From assembly GCA_051294375.1 (NCBI GenBank), contig CM119268.1, positions 20,665,158 through 20,729,157 of the forward strand: DNA of 64,000 nucleotides. The letters run 5' to 3'. Each line of letters starts with the position of its first letter. The first letter of the stretch is position 1. Below the pieces are notes generated by a model. That model had not been told where the DNA came from and made no database searches. It saw nothing but the letters and a program-made list of their open reading frames with translations. Position numbers and translations under genes: made by a program. Source of the DNA: Paraspadella gotoi. Its lineage: Eukaryota; Animalia; Chaetognatha. This document shows, piece by piece, positions 40,473-55,058 of the stretch.

Positions 40473-41022
40473 TAAGGAAAAAGGGGAAAAAAAGAGATAA
40501 AGAATTAAGGAAAAAGGGAAGAAGAGATAAAGAATTAGGGAAAAAGGCGAAGAAAGGATAAGAATTAAGGAAAAAGGCGAAGAAGAGATTAAAAAATAAT
40601 AACAGAAGATTTGAGAGAAAAAATAAGAAAAAAAAAAGAAAAGAATTTGCTTAAATGTCTGGATACGATTTAAACCAGAACGCCGAATCCTCTTTTCCAT
40701 CTTTTGCCTCATAAACCAATTCGTTCTCTCTAACTGCTCTACTCTCCTCTCAACCTCACTCACTCTCTCTCAATCTTTTCTCTCCTCCTTCTCTCTGGAC
40801 CTCCTCCTCTCTCGATCCTCTTCTCTCACTCTCCTCTCTCTCTCTCATCTCTCTATCTTCTTAACTCCTCTCTCTCTTCTCTCTCTCTCTCTCTCTCCTC
40901 TCTCTCTTCCTCTTCCTCTTTTCTTGTCTTATTTCCTCCATTCCTTCTTGTTTTCTTTTTTTGTTCTTTATTCGTACTCTCACTGGCGTCTCTCTCTCTC
41001 TCTCAATCTCTCTCTCTTCTCT

Positions 41023-41066
<44 letters not shown>

Positions 41067-41642
41067 CCTCCTTTAGTTGTCTTAATTTTGTTCTTTAAGT
41101 GTTCCGCTCGCTGCTGCATTAAATTTCGTCTTTATTTCTATATAGTTTAAGGAATTTGAAGGCCCTGGCGCTACCATTCACTTCCTTGTTGATTTTTTTC
41201 TGTCTTAACACATGACAACCAACTAAAGGCAATTTGATCATTTGTACTTGCGACCCCTGGCCTATCCCCGGCCCGTCTTTCTATCAAATATAATCTAATC
41301 TGTATGAATTTTTAACGTAAGTGGGGACAGACCCGACGGACCGACGGACCGACGACGACCGACCCGAAAAGTGACTATAGAGTTGCTCCGCGATTACTCG
41401 CGGCTCAACTAAAAATGAGTTTGTTCGTCCATCCGTCCGTCCGTCCGTCTGTCCATCCTAGCTTGATCTCCAATTACTTTTCAATTATAATTTTTTTTTA
41501 AATAATGAATAAATTGTTTAACTGATACTTATATAAATTTTCGTATGCTAGATGCACGTTGTTTGCTCAAATTATTGTGAGTCCTTTCTTCTTTCATTTT
41601 CTTCTTTCTTTCTTTCTTTTCTTCCTTTCTTTCTTTCTTTCT

Positions 41643-41674
<32 letters not shown>

Positions 41675-43081
41675 TTTTTCTTTCTTTCTTTCTTTCTTCT
41701 TTTTCTTTCTCATGAACCAGGTAAAGCCTCTTTGCAAATCGCGCAAACAATTTCCCTTAACGTGAGAAAGATTCGCGATGGATCTACGTATCCGCCGGCG
41801 GACAGACTGAAAGAAGGACGACTGACCATCGTACGAAGAAAAATTATGAGGTTTTTATTGTTAAAACGATAAACCGAACAGTAAACAATGTAAAAGTCTC
41901 AGAGCTTATAATAAACAACTAATTTAATATCTCAACATAAGGCTTAATAACTTAATAACTTTTTAATTTAATGACTAAATAAGTTCTGTTAACACTATTC
42001 TGTTTACTTATTAACTAATAACTTAAAAAATAAGTTTTTAAAATTTGCTGTATTATAATAACCCACTAACCGATTACAAAACAAACAAGTTTGCGCAAAC
42101 AATGTCGGATCTACTATGATAATTAAGCGGTAATAAGCTAAGGCGTATGATAAATCATGGTATTATTTCTGACTTTCAATTTGTGATCTTAACAGATCAC
42201 AACACATCTGTACATAACAAATCATACCAGACTTCTTAATAAATCTATGAAAAAAATCTATAAATCATTAATCTATCAAATCATTACTAATGGCCTAACC
42301 AACTTGTATAATTTGATAGTTTTGCATAATTTGCTAATTTGGCACAATTTGGTCAACTTGTATAATTTATAAATTTTGCATAATTTAATCACTTACACTA
42401 TTTGGTCAATGGCATTAATTTGGTCAACTTGAGAGGCTGTTTACAATGCCGCACACCCGCAGCGGTGTCACCTCATGGCAACAGCGAGACAGCATGTTAA
42501 TGTGTCCAGAGTTTTGGATCTGGCGTAGGCCCATGCCTACAGGCGGGTTACCCGGTCCATCCCCACTTTCTACATAACAACCTCAGGGCTCGAACCAGGA
42601 CGCACATTGGGATGGAGCATTATCCACTGAGCACTGAGGCGCTGCGAAAGAAACAGGCTTTTAATCCATCTGTGGTGATAGGACCACCAGACCACTGACT
42701 TGCAAAATTTGGTAGACTGGCCATAATTTGGTCAATTGACGTAATTTGGTCAACTGGCATAATTTGTCAAACTGCCATAATTTGGTCAATTTGTCAATCA
42801 TAATCAAACACACCGAGAGAGGAGAGAAATTTTAAAAAAATTCAAATAAATGTGTTTTTTGTTTTCAAATTTAAACTCTTTCCACTCCTACATACCATAA
42901 AAAAATTATTTCCAACTTAATTGCATACTTCCCACTTACCCACACGTAAAATTTAAATTCCGGACCGACGGACCGACAAAGTGGATTATTGATCCGACTA
43001 AAAAATAATTTGAATAAAAACTTGTTTCTTTATTAAAAAAAAACATGTTAAATTCACAATTAATCTTAAACCTTGGGTCTT

Positions 43082-43144
<63 letters not shown>

Positions 43145-44282
43145 AAGAGACCGAAAAGAAAGCCGAAAAAAAACTTTGAGGTAGAACCGAATCCAGGGAT
43201 TTGCAAGCAAAGCTTGGTCGCTAAGTGTTGTTTCTGCGCTTCGGCTCAGATGAAATGGAAAGCGGAGAAAAAGAGAAAAAAGGAAAAAGAGAAAATGAAA
43301 AGAGAAAAGAAAGAATTTGTTGTGGATTATTTTGGACTAATTCGGGAAATCGATTAGAAAATAGAAAATAGAAAATAGGAAAAAAAAGACAAAATTGAAC
43401 TTAAAAATATAAAAGTAAAAATTTAAAATAGAAATTAAAACAAAATACAAAATAAGAAATGACAGAAATTGACAAAAAAAGGACAATTTTAAACAGATAT
43501 ACAAACCTATTACAGGAATATTGAAAATTGAAAGTTAAAAATATTGACAACGAATGATGAGTCCGTTCAGTTCCCTTAAAAAACAGCTGTTTTGAATGAG
43601 AGAGAGAATGAAGAGAGAGAGAGAGGGAAATAAATCCCAGATCGAAATGAGCGCTGAGAATTAGTGTGGTGGCGGAATTGGACTCGTTTACTGTCTCGTT
43701 CATCGTCGTCGTCGTCGTCATCATCAGGCCAAACAGGCGACGACATAACGACGATCAGGCATCGGTTGGAATCGGCGACAATCAGGTATCGGTTGGAATC
43801 GGCGACCAATCAGGCATCGGTTGGAATCGGCGACCAATCAGGCATCGGTTGGAATCGGCGACCAATCAGGCATCGGTTGGAATCGGCGACCATCAGGCAT
43901 CGGTTGGAATCGGCGACTAATCAGGCATCGGTTGGAATCGGCGACCAATCAGGCATCGGTTGGAATCGGCGACCAATCAGGCATCGGTTGAATCGGCGAC
44001 CAATCAGGATTCGCTGATTTCATTTTCGACATGATCGTCTTTCCTCTGATCCGATTTGGTTCAATATATATTTAAATTTTTAAATCAATAAAAAACTAAC
44101 CAAAAAATAAAAGATCAACAGGCAGCAACGTTTTCCGCCAAATCGGCCGCCCGAGATTTAATCCGCCGGAAAAGTGGGATTTCATTTTCAGTCCAGCTTA
44201 GCCAATTCCGGGCAAAGCGGATATCTTGGCAAAGACGAGTTTCGCCCGAGGCTGAATTTCCGGTCGAGCAGAAAAAAGCAGA

Positions 44283-44326
<44 letters not shown>

Positions 44327-44477
44327 CCCTTCTCTCTCTCTCTCTCTCTCTCATAATCGTTCTCTCATCTCGGAAGACTAAAAGAAAAGGACGGAAAAAA
44401 CATGGCGGCCCGCGTTAAAACCACATTTGCATATATTCGCGTCCTTTCATTTCATGTGGCTTTGCCCGCTCGTCCTC

Positions 44478-44554
<77 letters not shown>

Positions 44555-45290
44555 TTTGTACAAAAAAGGAAAAAATGCAGGAATCAAAAATGGATAAAAC
44601 GAGAGAAATAAGCGACTTGAGTCGGGGAAACGAGATTTAATCTGGAGGCGCTTAACTCGGGTCGTTTATACGTCGTTAGAGGGCGGGCGCTCCATCTGAT
44701 GCGTCACCATGGTAACGAAGAATAAACACGCGAAAGACATTTATAAACGTATGCATATATCGTTCGAATAAAATTTGACGAGAGCAAAATGGCGGCTAAA
44801 AAACATTTTATGGTTTTCTTCTCCGAAATAACAAAGTCGATTGGCTGAGCCAAAGAAACATCACCCTAAACTTTCCCTCTAGCCAAACCTTAAAAATTCT
44901 CACCCACTTTCTTCCTTTTCCTCACCCGATTCACGGATTTACACTTTCCTTCTCCACCGAAATTCACAAAACACTTTTCAAAGCGAATTTCATGATTTAC
45001 GTTTTTTTCTAATTCGGTTACTGACGCCGACAATGATGACGACGAAGATGACAAAGGAGGTAAAAAGAACGACGACTAGGATGACGACGACGACGACGAC
45101 GTCGACAAAAGCGAAAAGAAGCAAAGCCTCTCCAGCTGATGAATTGGTTGCCATGGAAACCGAAATGAAAACATGAATCAGAGGAGAGAAAAAAGTGAAA
45201 ATATATGATAGGAAAGAAACCCAGGGGTGAGTCCCACTATACGCGGCTTAGCTTAGGGTGGATGACGAAAATATCCGCGCTCAAGCCAGA
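40473..45290 (+). other. ~4.8-kb tandem duplicate of ~35550-40447 (probable assembly artefact)
   Basis: Colinear copy that differs almost only by 1-bp indels and begins directly after a 25-N gap. Includes duplicate HINE (42083-43003) and SINE-like copies. Confidence 0.75.
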
Positions 45291-45856
45291 ACGACTACAC
45301 TATAAGAGCTTAGTAGGGTGGATGACGGAAAATATCACAGGGCTCGCTATCGAGCCAGAACGACTACACTATAAGAGCTTAGTAGGGTGGATGACGGAAA
45401 TATCACAGGGCCTCGCTATCGAGCCAGAACGACTACACTATAAGAGCTTAGTAGGGTGGTGACGGAAAATATCACAGGGCCTCGCTATCGAGCCAGAACG
45501 ACTACACTATAAGAGCTTAGTAGGGTGGATGACGGAAAATATCACAGGGCCTCGGGCTACCGAGCCAGAACGACTACACTATAAGACTAGTAGGGTGGGA
45601 TGACGGAAAATATCACAGGCCTCGCTATCGAGCCAGAACGACTACCACTATAAGAGCTTAGTAGGGTGGATGACGGAAATATCACAGGCCTCGCTATCGA
45701 GCCCAGAACGACTACACTATAAGAGCTTAGTAGGGTGGATGACGGAAAATATACACAGGGCCTCGCTATCGAGCCAGAACGACTACACTATAAGAGCTTA
45801 GTAGGGTGATGACGGAAAATATCACAGGGCCTCGCTATCCGAGCCAGAACGACTAT
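45235..45856. repeat. 70-bp minisatellite, ~9 copies
   Basis: Unit AGCCAGAACGACTACACTATAAGAGCTTAGTAGGGTGGATGACGGAAAATATCACAGGGCCTCGCTATCG. Confidence 0.9.
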
Positions 45857-45879
45857 ACCCCGCCAGCTCTCTCTCTCTG

Positions 45880-45941
<62 letters not shown>

Positions 45942-46020
45942 TCTCTTTCAGTTTCACTTAATATCTCTCTTACGTTTATGTTTTTGTTTTGGTTTAGTTG
46001 CCAAGGACGACTGGTCTATT

Positions 46021-46051
<31 letters not shown>

Positions 46052-46824
46052 GACTTTTCTTCTTTGGCCTCAAATAAGTTTTTCCTAGAGAACAAAAATC
46101 CTGTTGGACTTTGTCTTGAGCAAAGAGTAAAGAGACTTGAGACTTAAGCTGACACTCTGCGTTCTTAGGTGAATATAATGAGAGCATGCCCTGTCGCATG
46201 AACTTTTTAAACTATTTATTGCAAAAGAGTAAAACAATTTGAATAATATTGTTTTGAATTATCTTTTAAGTGTAAGAGTAAGAGTAAGTTTAAGAGATCT
46301 TAATTCTACACCATATCCTGTTCAAAGTCAGGGGCAAGACAGCTTATTTAATAAATGAATGGATAATTTTATATTGCTTGTACCAATTTTATGTATATCA
46401 ATTTTACATAAATATTATCTTTGTTTAGATTAATTATAGAACCAGATACGAAGGTGACTTTATTTTCAAAAGTGTCTTACAAGGTTCTACATGTCTTGAA
46501 CTTTTCATCTCACTGGTATTCTTGCTATCAAAACTATTTTTTCCACTAACCGTTTTTCGCTTTTAAAAAGAAAAAAAAAAGAAATTATAATGATCGTTTT
46601 TTGTTTGTCGTTCCCAGGGTTCGAACCCCGGGATCCAACCGAGACCAATTATTCCTTTTTGCCCAAAAGTAAAGAAGAATAAAATCTTGGGAAATTTTTT
46701 TTTCGACTTACAAAAGAAAAAGAAGAAAAAAATGTGAATGGTGATGACTTTTGGTCATATTCATGGGGTCTCTCTTCTCGTTCTCTCACAGACAGAGATT
46801 TTCACCAATTCACTAATCCTTCTT

Positions 46825-46868
<44 letters not shown>

Positions 46869-47924
46869 CCTTTCACAATTAACGATGATGATGATGTATT
46901 GATTCACTTTCTGTTCCAGTGAAACTCATCTAATGGGGCGGGAAAATTTCTCACTGACTTTGATACTGTCTCTCTGTCTCTCTCTTTCTCTCTGTCTCTC
47001 TTTCTCTCAGTCAATAATTGCATGACAGCAAAAAACGACAGTTGATGCAACAGAAATCACAGTCAAATAACCCAACATTTTGATGATTTAAATAAAGTTC
47101 ACTTAAATACAAAACCGATCACCGGTCAATGTGATGCGAGCGTTCGAGGATAAGGTTCGGCGATCACGGGGTGAAACGATGCCAAAATCGTCAGAGGTCA
47201 AAAAAGGTCATCAGGGTCATCAAGGATCGAATGTGAAAGGTCAACGCGAGGTCATCAAACTTCCATCTGGACGACATCAACGCTGATCGTTCGTTGGCCA
47301 AAAGAAACAAAGAGATTTCATTTCCTTCGAAAAGCCGCTCGGGGACGACGACGACGAAGACGACGATGACAACGACGAAGACAACGACGACGATGACAAT
47401 GGAGAAGACGACATCGAGGACGACGACGACGAAGACGACAAGGACGACGACAACGACGAGGGCGAAGACAACAACAACAAAAGCACCAACGTTATCGGTT
47501 GCCAATGACGACGGTTCACTGAACTTCGCTTTTGCTCTTTGGGTTTCGCTTTTCATTTTTTTGGCCTCGGCGATCGAAATGACGTCACGTGACTAAAATG
47601 AAAGCGAAATGAAAAGAAATTGAAATGAGTCTAAAAATTTCTTTTTTAAAAATTAGAAAAAAATAACTAATTTTTTCAAAGCAGCAGGAAAATAGCAATG
47701 AGAACTAAAGAGAAATCCTGGCCAGCGTATAAATATTTCAAAAATCCATCTGGCGTTTTCCCTAAACGTGCTCCTCTGCAATTCCATTTTGTCCTCAATG
47801 GTTAAGGATTGCAGAAACTGAAAGAAGACGTTGCGAGGCGGTGCCAACGGGAACGGCGACAGCACCAACAGCCTTGACGTCTACTCTCCTCTCTTTTTGC
47901 TGAGAGAAAGAGTGAGAGAGAGAT

Positions 47925-48062
<138 letters not shown>

Positions 48063-49664
48063 GGGAAGCGTAGGCGAGGGGGGAAACAAAATGAATGGTA
48101 ATGAAATAAAAGAAAAAAAGAGAAAAAGAGGGGAGGAGAAACGGAGGCAGGAAGTTGAGTGAAATTGATGGAGATAAAAGAGAAAGCGAAAGATGAGACG
48201 GAGGGAGGAAAGGGGGAGGGAGGATGAGGAGGAGGAAGGAGAAAGGAGATGAAGAAGGAGGAAGGAGGAAAAGGAAACGGGGAGGAGAAAGGAAGGAAAA
48301 GAAACTTAGGAAAGAGAGACTGGGGAGGAAAAGGAAAGATGGAGGAAAAAGGAAAGATAGAGAAGGAGATTGGGGAGGAAAAGGAAAGATGGAGGAAGAA
48401 GGAAAGAGAGAGAAAGGAGATATGGGAGGAAAAGGAAAGATGGAGGAAGAAGAAAGAGACGAGAAGGAGATGGGGAGGAAAAGAAAAGATAGGAGGAATA
48501 AGGAAAAGAGATAGAAGGAGATTGGGGAGAAAAGGAAAGATAGGAGGAAGAAGGAAAGAAGAGAGAAGGAATTGGGGAAAAGGAAAGATGAGGAAGGAGA
48601 AAGAGAGAGTAAGGATTTGGGACAGAAAAAGGAAAGATGGAGGAAGAAGGAAAGAGAGAGAAGGAGAGTGGAGGAAATATTTGTTGGGCTTTAATCGTAG
48701 GAGGAAAAGAAGGAAAGAAATTAAGGAAACGAGGAATGATGGAAGGAAGGGAGAAAGTTTGCGGAAGAACTCAGTGAAGAGATAATTAAGGAAGAAAGAA
48801 AAAAAAGAAAAAGAGGAAAATGAATTTAATACAATTAATGAGGAGGAGGAAAGGAGGAAGAGGAAAGGAGGAAGAGGAAAAGTAATGGAAAGTTTTTATT
48901 TTTCACCAAAACGTTACATTTGAAAATACGACGTGGAAATGGAATAAAAGAGAAGGAGAGGCGAGGTAAACGTGAAGAGGGAGTTATATAAAGAAGTAAT
49001 AATAAGAAGATATGTAGAGAAGTAAAGAAGATAAGAAAAGGAAAGGAAGGAAAAAAAAGAGAAAAGAGAAAAGAGAAGAGAGGGATGAAAGATCTTAGAG
49101 CGAATGAAAAATGGCGTTGCGTCACAGTTGCATTCATAAAAAAAAATTATCTGTTCGACTTTATTATGATATTCGGTTGGATTTAATAAAACATTTTATT
49201 TTTATGTATTTATATAAAAACTATCAATGCAAAATCTTATTTTTTTATACATTTGACTAATTAAAGAGTAAAATAATAAAATTTTTACTAAAAAGTTATT
49301 TATTTATATTTATATTTAGTACAATAAAATGAAAATAGCATCAGAGCATTGTTTACTATTCTTTTCATCTTATTTTTCGAATACTGTTTGTTAAATATAC
49401 TTAATGCTGCATATTTTTAAAAAAATATATTATTTGTATTTTTTTGTTTATTGAAGGAATTATTGTTATTATTGTCACCGTTATAAAAGTTATTATTGCT
49501 AGTATGGTTATTATTATAGTTGATTATTATATTTATATATATTATTATTGATTGGTATGATTGTAGTAGTTATTATGTAAAATAAAAAATATAAATTTAT
49601 TTTTTTAATTTATATTACTTTTACTTGTACAATTTTATCAAAACTTTAATTTTGGCTAAAGCAC

Positions 49665-49903
49665 ATTTTTTCCTACCCACATACAAAATTTTAACATAAT
49701 CTGTTTATCCAATCTCGAGTAACTGGAGATTAAAGCAAAATTGGGATAGGTGGACATATGGATAGACTGACAGACAGATAAAAAAAAATAATTTTTTTTA
49801 TAATTTAACATTTTTTAGATGATTTAGGTGATTGAATGACCAAACCAATAAACAAACAAAGGAGATGATAGAGTTGATTCTGCTTAAGAAGATTTGACTA
49901 AAA
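49665..49903 (-). mobile_element. Degenerate HINE family 1 fragment
   Basis: CCTACCCACATACAAAAT core, GACAGACAGA, and the end ATAGAGTTGATTCTGCT...AGATTTGACTAAAAA similar to 12100-12373. Confidence 0.5.
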
Positions 49904-52900
49904 AGTTTTTCTTACCCATTCTCATTGAGAATAATGGTTTTGCATAGAAAATCAAAACATCAAAAAATCGAAAAGCTGATTTTTTTTACAATTGCTAAAT
50001 TTTTTTTCTAACTCAAAATCCATTGTTGTCAAATTTCAAAATAATTTTTTTCAAAATCATTCAAAAATTTTTTTTTATTAATTTAAAATGTTTCATATGA
50101 TGATGTTTTTGCTAGAAAAAGAATTGAAAAAAAGGGAAAAATATAGTAATTATGTAAGGTTTTTGAAGATGACTCTAAAATATTAGATTATTAGATACAA
50201 GGGGAGAAAGCAGAGAAAACTTCCTATTCATAAAAAAATTGAAAATGAATTGCTATTCAGATTAATTGACTATTATAAGCTAATAATTCATATAAATTGA
50301 GGAAATAATGGATAAAAAATATTCATCTTAGTCTCGGTTAACTTTTAAGTTATCGTTATAGTTTCGTTTTAATAATATTAATATTTCTTTTGCATTTATA
50401 AAAGCAATGGTGTTAAATTTTGTAAGTGTTTCGAGCTATATTGCTTCATATTTTTTTCTATTTTTGATCTAGTTAGTAACAGCCAATTAATTTGACTCAG
50501 AAACAACTTTAAAGGGACAAAATCAGCCTGAGAGCTTTTCGCCACCTTATTTTTCATTGTGTCATAAAAGAAAGAAAATTTAAAGCCTTAAGGAATGCGA
50601 TGGAAATTAAAAGGGCGTTTGTTATCCTTCGTTTCCACCATCGGATTCTTATTGCCGTTGATTCCATCTGTTCTATTGGTTCCATCTGTTCGGTTTTTTC
50701 CGTCTGCTTCATCATTGAAGAAACGATTAAGTTTATCTGTTCTGCAATCTTATTCTATCAACACAATTCGATCCATTTATGCCTATGATAAAAGATGGCA
50801 ACAGTTCCATCTATTTCAATTATGCCATTGGCTTTTTTCGTCGTCATTTGTCTTCTCTCCACCTGATAGTTTCAGTTTATAATTTTTGACGGCCGGACGA
50901 GGGTAATGGAGAGAGAGAAAGAGAGAGAGAGAGAGAGATTTTAAGGAAGCGCAAGTGGGGAAGCTGACTAGCCGTTAACTTTTCACTTTAAACCCCCTTA
51001 GTAACTAAATGTAGACGTGGCCTGTTGTTTTAGAGATACCAGCTTTCGTTTTTCCAACGCACACCAATGCGTTTACGCCTCCTACACTTTCCCGCAGGGA
51101 TAGTTACGTGGTTTGGAGATTGTAACCTGGGGGATGATACCCCCAAGTGTACCCTGGTCAGAGTGGAATGTGCCAACTCCAATTGATAGCACACGTTTTC
51201 GATCCCAGGACTTGTATGCGAGTTTCAGAGAGTGCGTGCGGAGTGAACCTGCATGCCCGACAACTACAGATGGAAGAGAAGTAGACGAGAAGAGAGAGTA
51301 TGAGATATTATTTAATTTGTCACCCCTTAATTATCGGATGAGATGTGATTCCCCCGGGAGATGCAATGATGATTGGTAACTGCAAAACTTTTACTACCTA
51401 AACCTCTATGCTTCTATATAACATTCCAACCAAATTACGTAAATAAAGACAACAACGAAGAAGAGGGGTTGGAAAATAAAGACTACAACTACAACGACGA
51501 CGACGACGACAGCGACAACGACGACAACGACGACGACGACGGCGACAACGACGACGACAACGACGTTTACTCATCGGCGAAGACTTTGAAACGAGTCTCG
51601 TCATTACGAGGGACAAAGTATTAATTATTGTTGGACAAAGAAAAAAAATGACATTGCGAAGATTTTTTTCCGACTGAAAAGAAGGAGCAGAAAAGAAGGA
51701 GCAGAAGAGGAAGAAGTGAGGAAGGGAGAAGTGTAGGAGCTGGAAATGGTGGGGAGGGGACGAGGAGCAGGAGCGGGAGAAGTGATAGAGCAGTGATAAA
51801 GCGTCAGAGTAGACTAGCACGAGCAATGAATGAGAGAATTGGAGGAGAAGGATCGGAGTATGTGGTGCAGGAGGAGATCCTATGATGGGTTAGAGGTGCT
51901 GGAGTAGAAGAGGAGGAGCAGGAGCGAGGGAAAAGGAGCGAGGGAGAAGGAGGAGCAGATTATTGGCGATCGACTCCGTCGTGGAAAATCATTAACGACG
52001 GAAGAAGAAGACGATTAAGCGAGGGATTTTTAGAGGCGAGAAAAAAAAGGGGAAAAGACTGGCATAAAAGACTGGCAAAGATTGAAAGACTGGCAAAGAA
52101 AAGACTCTGAAGACTGGCAGGAAAGACTGGCAAAGATTGAAAGACTGGCAAAGAAAGGAATCGAACGAGTGGTATGAAAGGATTTCCAAAACAGATCAAA
52201 TCTATAAAAAGGAAAAAAATTAAAAAAGAGAATCTAATTTTGTCGATTTCTGTAGCGAAATTTCATTTATTTTTTATTTTTTTATAAAATCCATCAAGTA
52301 TAAATTTAATCTAAACGTTTTAAGAGAAATTGTCATTAGTTTATTTTTTTGAAAAACTAAAATTGTACCGAAATTTTGGCGTAAACGGACGCCTCTGTCT
52401 GTACAAACTACAAAGTGTACATCCCAATATATCCTCGGACAGAAGGTAGAATATAATTTCACTCACTTGACTTGGGATGAATGTTTACCTCCGGATAATT
52501 ATCATAAAATTATGAGTTTAAAAAAAGAAATAGAATCAAAAAATAACCAAACAACAAAAGACTCGTAAAACGCACAACGAAAAAGAGGAAAAAATCGGTG
52601 GCAAATCGAATTAGCGTGGCGGTCATGAAAAGGGAATTGATTCTGTCGGAACCAAATAAAAAAAAAANNNNNNNNNNNNNNNNNNNNNNNNNCCATTTTC
52701 GGGTCAATCTTACGATATCATAATTCCCGAATTCCACCCTCCATCTTTTCCCTGGAATCTTCTCTCTATATTCTGATTTCTAATATCTCCACTCTCCATG
52801 CTCTCTTCCTTCCCCTTCTCTCCCTCTCCCTCTCTCTCTCTCTCGTTCTCTCTCTCTCTGCTCGTCCTCGCGCTCCTCTCTCTCTCTCCTCTACATCTCT

Positions 52901-52923
52901 CCTCTCTCTACTCCTCTCGCTCT

Positions 52924-52963
<40 letters not shown>

Positions 52964-53884
52964 CTCCGCCTTTTGATCGCCGGCCACAAAATTAATTCTC
53001 ATTCATAGAGAATCGTCGTCTCTAATTGGAAAACAAAGCGCATCGGAGGAGGCAGGTCATTCAAATGGGATTGAAAGAACGCAATCAAGCGAGACAAGAG
53101 AAGAGGAGAGAGAGAGAGAGAGGGGAGGGAGTGCAGCAGGAGTAATAGAGAGACGAGGGGCGAGGAGCAGGCATGAAGAGGAGAGAGAGCGAGACGGAGA
53201 GAGAGGCAGAGAGACGCAAGAAAGCGAGGGGGATACGATTACGGATTGAAAGAGATGCGAATGATTAAAACGAGTGAAGGTCAGAGATAGGCGTCTGACT
53301 GACGTTGGGACCGACAGACATTGGGACAGAAAGACGAAGACAGATGTTCTGTCACAGGATGAATGTAGGATAGAGACAAAGAACCATAAAAGGATCGAGG
53401 GAAAGAGAGTGAGAGACAGAGTGACCAGCGAGATAATCATAAAAGTCGATGAAAATAAAAGACTCATTCTTGTTTTTCAAAAGATTTTTTCTCATTGTGA
53501 CGAAGAGAGAAAAGATTCATGGAATTTTTTTTCCTATGAATAAAAATAGATCGAGAGAATCGGCCGGCGGCGGCGGCGGCTGCGGAGAAGGCGGCTGCGG
53601 TGGCGGCGGCTGCGGAGGCGGCGGCGGCGGCGGTGACGGCATCAACGACAAAAAACTTCGCGCCGAAGATGGAAAAAGTTTTAAAAGTTTTTTCTTTAAT
53701 CGTCCAAGATGATGTTAGCGTGTAAAGACAAGGAAAGACATACAAGACATGCAACGATAAGAAAAGACATTCAAAGACAGGAAACATGAGAAAAATTATA
53801 TTTAAACAATTTTGAGATAGTAATTACACAATGACAGCCTCTTCATGCTTGATCGTAAATCAGTTTCAAATCTAATAACCGATC

Positions 53885-53917
<33 letters not shown>

Positions 53918-53942
53918 NNNNNNNNNNNNNNNNNNNNNNNNN

Positions 53943-54300
53943 TCGAGAGAATCGGCCGGCGGCGGCGGCGGCTGCGGAGAGGCGGCTGCGGTGGCGGTGG
54001 CTGCGGAGGCGGCGGCGGCGGCGGTGACGCAATCACGACAAAAACTTCGCGCCGAAGATGGAAAAAGTTTTTAAAGTTTTTCTTTAATCGTCCCAAGATG
54101 ATGTAGCGTGTAAAAGACAAGGAAAGAACATACAAAGACATGCAACGATAAGAAAAGACATTCAAAGACAGGAAACATGAGAAAAATTATATTTAAACAA
54201 TTTTGAGATAGTAATTACACAATGACAGCCTCTTCATGCTTGATTCGTAAATCAGTTTCAAAATCTAATAACGATCTCTCTCTCTCCCTCTCTCTCTCTC
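53943..54300 (+). other. Duplicate of 53551-53917 across a 25-N gap (probable artefact)
   Basis: Same (GGC)n-containing ~370-bp segment with scattered 1-bp indels. Confidence 0.75.
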
Positions 54301-54768
54301 TCTTCTCTCTCCTGTCTCTCGCTCTCTTCTCTCTCTCTCTCTCTCTCTCTCATCTCTCTCTCCGCTCTCTCTCTCCTCTCTTTTTCCTCTCTTTCCCAAC
54401 AGTAATTCAGAATTCGTTCAAGTACAATGTTAACTTTGCTCCTCCCATTTTTCTCTTCCTTCTCTTCGGAATCAATCAATTTCTCACGAGAAAATAAAAT
54501 AAACAGAAAGAAAAAAAGAAAAAGAAAAAAAAGTTTGCATCGAAAACAAGAAAAAAAACCTTTGCGGATTGAAAGAGAGAAAGAGAGAGANNNNNNNNNN
54601 GAGAGAGAAAAGAAAAAGAAAAATCAACTAGTTCATGCTTCTACGCCTCAGTGACGTTCTTGCGTCGACTTATCTCCCGATCATCATGTAATTATACTAA
54701 TATAAAACCTATTACTTATAAGCAACTTATTGTTTATTATGTTTTATCTGTAAATTATTGACAGAAAT

Positions 54769-55058
54769 AACCAAGTTTGACGTGACCGCAACCTTACCTT
54801 TCCGCTAAGTATTAATTAAAATGATTTAGAATCATATGAATTACACAAGTATGCACACATATATATAACCCTACTACCAATGTATAAATCAAAAGAATAG
54901 ATTGAATTAAAAGATAAGTGAGATAGACCAATGGATTGACATACCGACCCACAGACCCACAGACCCACAGACCCACAGACCCACAGACCGACCCACAGAC
55001 CGACCAAAAAAGCGACTTATAGTGTTGCTCCGCTTGTACTCGCGGCACAACTAAAAAA
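54769..55058 (-). mobile_element. HINE-like family 2 element
   Basis: CAAGTTTGACG...CCGCTAA at one end, (GACCCACA)n, and GACTTATAGTGTTGCTCCGC...GCGGCACAACTAAAA hairpin at the other end; same layout as family 1. Confidence 0.55.

Noticed and set aside
45235-45856. Regular repeats resembling a CRISPR array (also the 28-, 38-, 40- and 42-bp arrays)
   Set aside because: Units are head-to-tail with no unique spacers, there are no cas genes, and the context is eukaryotic.
46615-46640. Isolated B-box-like GGTTCGAACCCC
   Set aside because: No A box or cloverleaf; at most a decayed SINE fragment.
47294-47596. Thr-rich ORF with a hydrophobic C-terminus resembling a mucin stalk plus GPI signal
   Set aside because: The Thr run is a degenerate (ACG)n microsatellite that is common here; there is an in-frame TGA at 47234 and no good acceptor or ATG.
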